NCBI GenBank assembly: GCA_965203295.1
Contig: CBDBCZ010000014.1
Coordinates: 704,001 to 768,000 of the forward strand
Origin: Nitrospirales bacterium
Lineage (GTDB): Bacteria; Nitrospirota; Nitrospiria; Nitrospirales; UBA8639
DNA length: 64,000 nucleotides
Reading direction: 5' to 3'
Below are positions 40,032-49,441 of this stretch, piece by piece; positions within the stretch are counted from its first letter, which is position 1; each line of letters begins with the position of its first letter. The position numbers and the translations under genes were made by a program. The notes under the pieces were generated by a model that worked only from the letters and a program-made list of their open reading frames with translations, ran no database searches and was not told where the DNA came from.

Positions 40032-41468
40032 ACGAGCTGGTTGCTTGAGTTTCCCACATGAGCTGGTGTTTTTTATGATTTCTGCATTATATATATAAGC
40101 TTGCTATGGTTGGTGCTTTCTTCATGAACTCACGTAGTACTTTGTAGTTTTTGCATTATCGACATGTAGCTACCTTTTAACACATTGGGCATGTATCGCA
40201 GTATATTTTGGAGGATAAATGGGGCAGAACCTGCAGCCGGGGTAAATATTAAACCTGTATTTAAAATTGGGCATTGGCAGTAGATGGCATTGCATTGGGC
40301 TTTGGGCATTTGCAGAGTTAGCATATTTGTGAGCAGCGGCCTAGCAAGAAACAAGCCATTAGCATTAGGCATTTGCATGTGCATGATTTTAGCATAGAGC
40401 AGCTTGGCTTTGCATAGCACCACAGAGCACTGTGGATGGCAAAATTGGTCTTTCGAGCTTTTAGCGCCCCCGGCAGCAGGCCTGCCAACTACAAAAACGA
40501 AACCTTGCAAAGAAAAAAAAAGCAAGAGAAAAACAGTCAAAAACTGACATTTCATGGGAGGGTGGGTGGGTAACAGATTTAGCAAAGTTTGAACTGTCTA
40601 GCTAGCACGTAGGGAATGCAAAGGCAGCAAGACTGATGGTGCTGAACTGAACCTGGCTTAAGTAAAGGCAGGAACAGGTTGACCGGGTTTTATGATCTCA
40701 TGTGAACTATGGCCGCAAATAACTTAACAGCTATTCAAGCTGAATGGGTTGAAGCCAGCTGTGTGAAGTCTCTATCACAAGGGCATCAGCTGAGCATGTG
40801 GCATCAGCTGATCACATGCAGGGAACATGCTATGTGTTAACTGACATTTGGGCAAAGCTCAAATGAGAATTTAACACATTGGGCATGTATCGCAGTATAT
40901 TTTGGAGGATAAATGGGGCAGAACCTGCAGCCGGGGTAAATATTAAACCTGTATTTAAAATTGGGCATTGGCAGTAGATGGCATTGCATTGGGCTTTGGG
41001 CATTTGCAGAGTTAGCATATTTGTGAGCAGCGGCCTAGCAAGAAACAAGCCATTAGCATTAGGCATTTGCATGTGCATGATTTTAGCATAGAGCAGCTTG
41101 GCTTTGCATAGCACCACAGAGCACTGTGGATGGCAAAATTGGTCTTTCGAGCTTTTAGCGCCCAATTTATTTACCCCAAATTTGCTGAACTCTGGCCGCA
41201 GGAATTCTACCCCATTACCCTATTTGATAGACTCCATAGGTATGACCCACCTCTGTAGCACAAGGTGTAGGCTGGCTTGCCTAGTGCATGTGTGACTGCC
41301 ACAGGATGGTTGGGAGTTGCGTATACTGCTGGGATTAGAGGTAAGGTGCTGTGCTGCAAACAAACGACTTTGCTTTGGGTGCTTGGAATGCATGTGTAAG
41401 CGCAGGCTTGGCTTGGGTGCTGAGGATGTGCTGAAAAGGGGTGCTGGTACATGTAGTATGGGTGCTTG

Positions 41469-42290
41469 CTATGGAGAATTTATGGATTGGACAGCTGCCA
41501 TGGCCCTTGTGGCATCGGTGAAGATACTGGGAGGGGTTTTAATGTAGCGTGTGTAGCAGGGGCTGGACCATCTGCCAAGGGCCTGGATTTGCCAGTCTGG
41601 GATACCAGCTGCAGCGGCAGTGGTGGCCGCTCCGATTCTGAAGGAATGGCTTGCATAGTGTAGGTGATTAACACCCACCTGAGTGAGCAGTCTGCGGAGG
41701 AGCGTAGTGAGGGCAGTGCGGGTGAGGTAGCTACCATTGTGGAACTGGAAGAGGGGTTTGTGTGGCAACCTGGGGGCTAGTATGAGGTATTTACGCAGTG
41801 CAGTTACTGGGCAGGTCGATGTAGAGGTGGCTCCAACAGTGAGTGTAGAGCCTTGTCGAAAAGGGTCGGTTTTGGATGACCGGATAGTGAGAAGTAACTG
41901 GTGGCTGTGTAGTTGGACATCTGAGAGTAGGAGGGTGCAGCTGGCATCAAAATAGTGAGGGCTGGGGGCCACAAATTCACTGGACCGAAGGAAGGCATAG
42001 AATGCCAGTGTGAAAGCAGCCCAGAGCATGCGTTTGTCGTGAAGGGAGATGTTGTGCGTGTGATGAAGTTGGACCTTTAGTTGGCGGAGGGTGGTAATGG
42101 TGATCGGGAGACGTACTCGGTTCCCATCACCCTGCTCACGTCGGATCCCTTTGACCGTATATTGTAACAGAGTGTCTTGGGTGGGGTCTGGGTATCCTAG
42201 CTCGATGTGCTGTAGGCGAATGGCATTGAGATAAACTTTGATAGTGGGGTGCTTGACTGACGATGCTATAAATGTGCAAAAATAACGCAA
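41469..42290 (-). CDS. Tyrosine recombinase of the Ngaro element; the frame stays open upstream to about 42525, overlapping the RT end
   Basis: Catalytic residues present: FLRSSE (R), SKTD (K), SHSFRIGAAT (HxxR), LGRWSS..YTRYI (W, Y). Confidence 0.92.
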   Translation of the reverse strand: MRYFCTFIASSVKHPTIKVYLNAIRLQHIELGYPDPTQDTLLQYTVKGIRREQGDGNRVRLPITITTLRQLKVQLHHTHNISLHDKRMLWAAFTLAFYAFLRSSEFVAPSPHYFDASCTLLLSDVQLHSHQLLLTIRSSKTDPFRQGSTLTVGATSTSTCPVTALRKYLILAPRLPHKPLFQFHNGSYLTRTALTTLLRRLLTQVGVNHLHYASHSFRIGAATTAAAAGIPDWQIQALGRWSSPCYTRYIKTPPSIFTDATRAMAAVQSINSP

Positions 42291-42424
42291 TGTGAGGGGG
42301 GATGCGGGGAATGGGCGAAGGTGGTAGGCGATGCAAAAGTGCTTAAAGCGGGTAATGCCAGATGTATAGGTTCGGCGTGTGCTTGGTGCTACCCCGAGGC
42401 GCTGGTAATGGTGCAGCTTTGATG

Positions 42425-44488
42425 TTAAGGCTCGATCAGTGGAGCAGGGATGTTGGGCAGGGTTGGTTCGGCATTGGCATTCGGAGCGAGCTCCTGGAAC
42501 GCCTGGAGGGAAAAACGAGACAGGGCATCAGCTATCCTATTATTGGCTCCTGCGATGTGGGTGACAGCAATGTTGAAATTATTGTGGGCAGCTGTGAAGT
42601 AAAGTGTACGGACTAGGACCATGACATCTTTGGCACGTGAAGACCCCTTCCTCCAAATACTCACGACTGCTTCGTTGTCGCAGTGAAACAGGATTTTACG
42701 TCGCGACCAGAGGTTACCCCACGTGGCAGCAGCGACAACTATGGCAAAGAGTTCCTTCCACGTGATAGAATGCTGGTCCTGAGAGGCGGTCCAATGACCG
42801 TTAAACCACCGCCCAGCCCAGTAAGCACCAAAGCCGATGGTGCTGGATGCGTCTGTGTAGAGCTCAATATCCGGGGCCTTCGTCCAGTAGGTGTCAAGGA
42901 ACAGGCTGGTGCCAGACCAGGTTGGAAGGAAGTCGTGCCACCACTGGATGTCCAGCCGTGCAGCTTCGTCCATCGTCACGTGGTGGTGGAGAGGGGTAAC
43001 TGTGGTACTAAGATCAATCAGACGCCGCAAGAAGATGCGGCCAGCTGGGACCACCTTGCAGGCGAAAGACAGCTTGCCGATGAGAGACAGCAGTTCTCTC
43101 TTAGTACAGGTGCGACGGTGGTGGAATCTGGTGAGCTCGTCCCGAAGTTCACGTTTACGTTCGGCCGTGATACTCGCCTGCATACTAACTGAGTCCAGCT
43201 GGATTCCGAGGAAGGTGAGGGTAGTTGATGGGCCTTCAACTTTTTCGGGTTTTACTGGGGCTCCAAGGCGTGAACATACCTCTAGCATGGTGGACATGGA
43301 CTCTCGACATGTGATGGAGTGGGGCGGTCCTGCTGTAAAGAAGTCATCCAGATAGTGGATGAGGTGGTGGATGCCGTAGTTGTTGGCCAAGATCCACTCC
43401 AGGGCAGTAGCGACTGTGTTGAAGAGAAACGGTGCGGATCGAAGGCCGAAGGGGAGGCACTTATCCACATAGAAGGCTCCTTTCCAGTGGATCCCGAGAA
43501 GGTGACGGTCTTGTGGCCGAACAGGGCAGAGCCGGAAGGCATTCTTCAAGTCTATCTTTCCCATAAGGGAGCCTGGACCTAGCGTATTGATGATAGAAAT
43601 GGCATCGTCAACGGAGGAGTACGTCAGGGAGAAAGCATCTGCATCGATAGAGTCATTAATGCTACGTCCATGGGGGGCTGATAGGTGGCAAATGACGCGC
43701 CAGCCACCGTCCTTCTTGGGCACAACTCCAAGGCCAGAGCATCGCATGTTGGTGAGCGGGGGAGTAGGGAATGGGCCAGCCATCCGACATGCGTGACATT
43801 CTTTAGCAATGGCTGCATCGATGATGTGTGCGTGTGTGTGTGCGGTGGGCAGGTGCTGTGCGATGTGCATGAATTGTGGGCCATTATAGCCAATGTTGAA
43901 GCCGTGTCTAAGATGGGTCAATAGGCGGCTGACAAAGCCTTTGTCAGGATGATAGCGTAATTCGCGCTCGAACTCGAGCGGTCGTAAGGAGGTGTCAATA
44001 CTGCTAAGGTCCTTGAGGTGGTGGCCTCGGACACTCGCTGTAGGGGTGAGTGCCACCGCAGGGGCAGCGGTGGATGTGCTTGCAGGGGGAGCGGGTGCAG
44101 ATTCTGTAGTTGTAGTCTCGGCACAGTTCCCTTGAGGAGGTGGCCGGAGAGGACTGATATTGGTCCCTGAAGGAGGCTGGAGGAAGCGGTGTGCGTCGAG
44201 CAGTCGTTCCTGTAGTAGGTCGAGGCGGAGTGCGTTGGCGAGGGCGGCGAAAGGGATTGCTACCGCAGTTATCTGGGTAGTGGGAGGTACTGCCGCAGTA
44301 CGTGCAGGGGAGGCGAACCCTGCGCAGGCCACTACTACCGTTCCTGCTAGGGGAACGAATGCATTCGAGCCATAGATCACTGTGCTTGACGTCCCAGCGA
44401 AGGGACTTGTCGCATGCAGCGAGGGCTCGGAATTTGGAGTCATATTGCAGCCACTCCGCAGGTGGGTGTTTAGACGCGGCGTTGCCAA
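42425..44488 (-). CDS. Reverse transcriptase plus RNase H of the Ngaro element; true start uncertain
   Basis: VPKKDGGWRVI, KIDLKNAF, LPFGLRSAP, HYLDDF; RNase H YTDAS, KELFAI, HCDN, IADALSR. Confidence 0.95.
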   Translation of the reverse strand: MATPRLNTHLRSGCNMTPNSEPSLHATSPFAGTSSTVIYGSNAFVPLAGTVVVACAGFASPARTAAVPPTTQITAVAIPFAALANALRLDLLQERLLDAHRFLQPPSGTNISPLRPPPQGNCAETTTTESAPAPPASTSTAAPAVALTPTASVRGHHLKDLSSIDTSLRPLEFERELRYHPDKGFVSRLLTHLRHGFNIGYNGPQFMHIAQHLPTAHTHAHIIDAAIAKECHACRMAGPFPTPPLTNMRCSGLGVVPKKDGGWRVICHLSAPHGRSINDSIDADAFSLTYSSVDDAISIINTLGPGSLMGKIDLKNAFRLCPVRPQDRHLLGIHWKGAFYVDKCLPFGLRSAPFLFNTVATALEWILANNYGIHHLIHYLDDFFTAGPPHSITCRESMSTMLEVCSRLGAPVKPEKVEGPSTTLTFLGIQLDSVSMQASITAERKRELRDELTRFHHRRTCTKRELLSLIGKLSFACKVVPAGRIFLRRLIDLSTTVTPLHHHVTMDEAARLDIQWWHDFLPTWSGTSLFLDTYWTKAPDIELYTDASSTIGFGAYWAGRWFNGHWTASQDQHSITWKELFAIVVAAATWGNLWSRRKILFHCDNEAVVSIWRKGSSRAKDVMVLVRTLYFTAAHNNFNIAVTHIAGANNRIADALSRFSLQAFQELAPNANAEPTLPNIPAPLIEP

Positions 44489-45410
44489 TGATACGTTGAT
44501 AGGCTAGCAGTGGGAGCGCGCGAGCGGGGTAGTGTGCTACATTGATGGCTATGAATACATTCCAGGCTTCGAGCCAGGATGAAAGGTCGCTGACAGTGCG
44601 CCTGCGTAGGGGACGTGGCTGTGCTACGATTACATTGGATGGGTCGGAGGTGGTGCTCGTGTCCGAGCTGAGACGTAGCGTGAATGCGGACGAGGAAGGG
44701 GTTTCGCGGGCCGGGAACATGTTGTCTGGCAGGAGGAGGTCAAAGTCTAAGTACTCACCTCGCGTGATCTTCTGCTTCAGCTTGTCTGTGATAGCAGGCA
44801 TCGGTGTCTGGTGGTGTTGGTCTGTGGGTAGTGGTAGCGGCACAGGCTGGGGCAAGCTGACCTGAGGGGGTGTCAGGTCGTCCCTTCCCAACTGAGGATC
44901 GGAGGTGGGTAGCACAGATGGGAGTGAGATGTTGTCGTCCGCAGGGGGAGGCTGTGGTACTGGAGGGTTGGTGGGTGGTTGCTGTTGCATGGTGCGAGCC
45001 GTCTGGATCAGGGCACCCAAAAGCTGCTGGACTGTGCCGTCATAATTAAGAAGGCTCCCGTCAATTAGACGTTCGCTGCGGTTGTGTAATGCAGCCAGTG
45101 AGGTGGCCGGCGGTTGTGTCAGGTGGCCTGTACCGGGCGCTTGTGGCGGTGGTTGGGGAGGCGACTGAGGGTGGAGTGAAGTGTACAGCCGTTTGGAGAG
45201 TGTGGCTTTGTTGCCAGTTGTGACAAGGTGTCTGTCTTGGAGGTGCAGGCGCAGCACCTCAATGGGAAGACGGCTAAGCTCTGCTCGGGGCATTGTTGCA
45301 ATGTCTGAAGTGTTTGTGCTCGTATCAGGTGCGGCTGTTCGGGTACGTTTCGGTGTAGGTCCCGAGGTTAGTTGCGATGCATGCTGCTTGCGGGTGCGAG
45401 TGCGAGGCAT
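44004..45410 (-). CDS. Gag-like ORF1 of the Ngaro element
   Basis: 468 aa with an N-terminal SAP-like motif, DIRS-type W..YD..FR block, and C-terminal Cys/His fingers CTYCGSTSHYPDNC and CRDYN..C....C...H.CPCGGTHPYSEC. Confidence 0.88.
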   Translation of the reverse strand: MPRTRTRKQHASQLTSGPTPKRTRTAAPDTSTNTSDIATMPRAELSRLPIEVLRLHLQDRHLVTTGNKATLSKRLYTSLHPQSPPQPPPQAPGTGHLTQPPATSLAALHNRSERLIDGSLLNYDGTVQQLLGALIQTARTMQQQPPTNPPVPQPPPADDNISLPSVLPTSDPQLGRDDLTPPQVSLPQPVPLPLPTDQHHQTPMPAITDKLKQKITRGEYLDFDLLLPDNMFPARETPSSSAFTLRLSSDTSTTSDPSNVIVAQPRPLRRRTVSDLSSWLEAWNVFIAINVAHYPARALPLLAYQRIIGNAASKHPPAEWLQYDSKFRALAACDKSLRWDVKHSDLWLECIRSPSRNGSSGLRRVRLPCTYCGSTSHYPDNCGSNPFRRPRQRTPPRPTTGTTARRTPLPPASFRDQYQSSPATSSRELCRDYNYRICTRSPCKHIHRCPCGGTHPYSECPRPPPQGP

Positions 45411-46473
45411 TGTGGAGTATGTGCTGTGTATTACGAAAGCGTGGGTGTCTGTGATGTGATAATAAGGAATGTACTGAACGTGGTACTAATGTGATGGCGT
45501 GGGGCGCGAGGTTAGCGTAGAGCAACGTGAGTGCAAATAGCAGTGGTTTAGTGTACAATAGCAATGCAGTGCGAATCTACAGCTTAGCGAATGGTAGGTG
45601 CGGTCTTAGCATGCAGTGAGTGTGCGGCAAATGCGCAGTACTGGGGGTGTAGCAAGTGGCAGGTCGCAGTCTTAGCATACAGTAAGTGTGCCACGAATGC
45701 AATGGACAGGGGGTAGCAGATATAGCAGGGTGCAGTCTTGCATGCAGCAAATGTAAAGCAGGTGCAGGCTTAGTATGCAGTATGTGTGTAGCAAATGCAG
45801 CGTACAGGGGTAGCAAATAGCAGGGTGCAGACAAGTTAGCAAAGAGTATTCTGATTGGAACGGGCTCACCGGCTTAAACGCAGTGGGGGAGTGTCGAGGA
45901 TGCAGATAGACTGCCGTGAGATGGGTTGTTCGCCGACTTGTGGTAACTGCGGAGTGGGGGCTGGTGTGAAGTGATTGCTGGTAGTAACTGATGAGCAAGT
46001 GGCGGTGCAGCGGATGAGTTCCGGGATGTGGTATGGCAGTGCTGGCCGTATTTTCGGAGAGTTCACAGTGTATGTGGTCTGCACAAATTTCCAATTTTTG
46101 GAGACTTGCAAGAGACGCCTGAAGTGCGCAGGTAGCAAACTGGCCGGTAGTGGCAGGAGCACCGAATGGTTGGCAACAGATTTAGCAAAGTTTGAACTGT
46201 CTAGCTAGCACGTAGGGAATGCAAAGGCAGCAAGACTGATGGTGCTGAACTGAACCTGGCTTAAGTAAAGGCAGGAACAGGTTGACCGGGTTTTATGATC
46301 TCATGTGAACTATGGCCGCAAATAACTTAACAGCTATTCAAGCTGAATGGGTTGAAGCCAGCTGTGTGAAGTCTCTATCACAAGGGCATCAGCTGAGCAT
46401 GTGGCATCAGCTGATCACATGCAGGGAACATGCTATGTGTTAACTGACATTTGGGCAAAGCTCAAATGAGAAT

Positions 46474-47730
46474 AGAATGCTTCTAGTGAATGTAATAGGA
46501 AGCAATCTATAGCTTGACCTTTCACATGAGCTGGTTTTTAGATGATTTCTGTATTATAAGCTTGCTATGGTTTGGTGCTTTCTATGTGAACTTGTGTAGT
46601 ACTACGGGTCACTTGTAGTTGTCACAAAAAAATTGATCAACATGCAGCTACCTTAGATTGACCCTACTGAATATAATAGGAAGCAGTCAGCAGCCTGAGC
46701 TTCCCATATGAGCTCGTTTTAACTTGATTTCTGCTTTATATGCTTCCTCTGTTTTGGTGGTTTCTATGGGAACATACATAGTACGTACAATGACTAACTT
46801 TTGTAGTTTTCTACAAAAGAAAGGGAACAATTTTTTAAATTACAAATGTGAAGCTACTTAAGATTTACTTTACTGAATACAGTAGAAAGCTGTATGCAGC
46901 CTGAGCTTCCCACATGAGCTGGTTTTGACTTGATTTCTGCTATGTATGCTTGCTCTGTTTTGGTGCTTCCTATGGCAACATACGTATGTAGTACTATGAG
47001 TAACTTTGTAGTGTTTTTACGAAAAAAAGGGAACAATTTATTAAATTAATTTGCAGCTACCTTAGAGATTTGCTCTACTGAATATGTAAAATATAAAGCT
47101 GTCCACAGCCTGAGCTTGTGACATAAAGTGATTTTTAGCTGATTTGTGCATTTTATGGTTGCTGTGGTTTGGTGCTTTTTGTGTGAACTTGTGTAGTAGT
47201 ATGGATCCCTATTATAGCTTTTGCATATACATGTAAAGGGAACAATTTATTTCATTGTAAACATGTTAGAGTTACCCTACTGAATGTAATAGGAAGCAGT
47301 CTATAACCAAACCTTCCCACATAGGCTGGTTTATAGGTGATTTCAGCATTGTATGGTTGCTCTGGCCTGGTGCTTTATATGGGCATATGTGTAGCACTCC
47401 GGGTAGCTTTTGTAGATTTAACCAAACAAAGGGAACGATTTATTAATTTACAAACATGCAACTACCTTGGATTGACTCTATTGAATACTATAAGAAGATT
47501 CGTCTACCGACTGAGGTTCCCACATGAGTTGTTATTAGGTGGTTTATGCATTATATGCCAGCTATGGTTTGGTACCTTCTGTGGGAACATGTGTAAAACT
47601 ATGGGTGACTTTTGTAGATATTGCAAAAGACAGGGAACCAATTTCATAAATTAGAAATGTAGAGCTAACTTAGAATGACTGTACCTATAGCTATTGTAGT
47701 AGGAAGCAGTCTACTGTCTGAGCTTCATGT
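46474..47730 (+). repeat. About 180-205-bp satellite, main array (continues from 40032-40176 across the Ngaro insertion)
   Basis: ctacctt/agatt motif recurs at about 46648, 46854, 47057, 47265, 47462 and 47665. Confidence 0.85.
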
Positions 47731-47900
47731 CAATGCACCCTGGAGTGCTATGTATAAGTATATACTGAGTAGCTGTTCTCAATGCTGCCCGACTAGACTT
47801 GTATAGCTACAAGTACTTGCACTCGCTTCGCTCGTTCAAGTACTTGTGCGTGTTCAACTCGCTCACTCTGTATACAGATAGAAATGAAAAGTGTGACCTC

Positions 47901-48250
47901 TATGTGATTTGCATGAACAGTATAACGTCTTCTGCCAATGAAGCAGTGCTTTTGACTAAGCCATATGTCAGTGTTGAAAATTGACTCGTCACGGGGGGGG
48001 GGGGGGGGGGGGGGGGGAGGGGGGGGGTAAGTATATAGTACGTGTGCACACTACACTGTACATTGCTTTTAGAAGCCAAAGCATGTATTATGTGATTTGT
48101 ATGGAACAGTATAACATCTTCTGCCAATGAAGCAGTGCTTTTGACTAAGCCACATGTCAGTGTTGAAAATTGACTCGTCACAGTGGGTGGTAAGTCTATA
48201 GTACGTGTGCACACTACATTTCTTTTAGAAGCCAAAGCATGTATTATGTA
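47901..48250. repeat. Two-copy tandem duplication with a long G-run in the first copy
   Basis: tatgtgattt...ttgactcgtcac...agccaaagcatgtatta occurs twice; G-run about 47993-48027 in place of agtgggtgg. Confidence 0.8.
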
Positions 48251-48642
48251 ATGTCCATGTAGTATAGCTATCATATGGAATGTGGAGCATCTGCCAGTGG
48301 CAGTAGCCTGATCGAGACTTTGACAGTAGTTTTCTGCCTGAGCCATGTGGAGGCAGTAACTCAAAGGAGAGACTGCAAACAATTGCAAAACCATATCCAC
48401 ATCAGCACATGTAGGCGAATGGACCTGACTCCATTTAATGCACATCGTCGTAGTTTGTCTAGCGTAGCAGTTACAGCTGTGCATGGTTTGCACTTACAGC
48501 ACTATACAGCCACTAACCTTCGCAATAGAGCGCGCTCGAAGTGCTGATTTGAGGCCATCATGATAATATTGTCGGCTGTCAGAGCATCCCAATGCACGCA
48601 GCGGTCGAAGTCGTCCCAACGCATGCAGCGGTCAAAGTACTA

Positions 48643-49175
48643 ACTAGAGGTCTCTAGCAGAGACATACCCCCGCGCTCTTGGACCCTGCAGACTGTAGCG
48701 CCGTATGCGAGCTGTAGGCGTGGCTGATCGCCGTAGAAATGATACGGGCATTTCTCTGCGTATTCTCCAGTATGCTTTCTATCCGAGTATATATACCTCT
48801 TCTACGCTCCATGTTGAAGATAAGACTCGTATACCATACTCGAGGGCTCGCGTATGTCCGTATTCAAGCTGTAGGCGTGACCAGCTGCCGTATTAAAAAA
48901 GGCGTGACCAATTGCCGTATTAAAAAAATGGTGGAACACACCGATAATCAGAAAAAGCGCGGAAATGCCGAGAATAAAACAGCTTTCTACTATATCAGGT
49001 ACAGACAAGCTAATGTATCACGGATATCAGCGATAACCTCCTGTTTAGAAATTGTTATAGCCTCTAAATCGCCCGTAGGAAGGTTTTTCAAAATTTTTGT
49101 ATGACAGACGACGACGACGACAGACGGACAAAACCGATTACTTAACCCCGCTTGCGCATACGCGCGTGGGGTAAT
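48643..49175 (-). mobile_element. Helentron-type non-autonomous element, copy 2
   Basis: Reverse-complement homologue of 38145-38663. Confidence 0.75.
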
Positions 49176-49441
49176 TAGCTATGTACACATATGATGATGT
49201 CACTGTCTTCTCGCGCAAGCACGTTCTATTAGGTGACATCACATCCGTGACAGACAGACGGACAGAACTAACGTTAAAGTATTGATAGGTGCATGTTCTG
49301 CATGCATGGCTTATAAGGCCTATGTTTGAAATAACTGATGTCGCTACAGATGTAGCTAATGGCTTTTGTGATAGCTACACTCTTAGACAATGATCCATTC
49401 TGGTCCACATACAGACTGCCATCGCGCTGCCATTCATAGCC

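Larger units (their letters stand above)
40177..46473 (-). mobile_element. Full-length Ngaro-type tyrosine-recombinase retrotransposon (DIRS order)
   Basis: Split direct repeats A1 (46473-46175) - gag - RT/RNaseH - YR - B1 (41163-40871) - A2 (40870-40572) - 102-bp spacer - B2 (40469-40177). No methyltransferase domain, no TSD. Confidence 0.93.

Noticed and set aside
40130..41165. Near-identical ORFs 40130-40585 and 40830-41165
   Set aside because: They only reflect the two B repeats of the Ngaro element; no protein-like features.
40177..41300. Hammerhead ribozyme in the retroelement repeats
   Set aside because: No CUGAUGA...GAAA core found on the element strand by eye; an Rfam scan would be needed for other ribozymes.
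42425..42700. DIRS1-type methyltransferase domain or inverted terminal repeats
   Set aside because: The pol ORF ends right after RNase H and the repeats are direct, so Ngaro-type rather than DIRS1.
42683..45459. Several plus-strand ORFs within the Ngaro element
   Set aside because: Antisense shadows of GC-rich coding sequence.
47900..48493. 197-aa ORF with a polyproline run
   Set aside because: Product of the G-run and tandem duplication.
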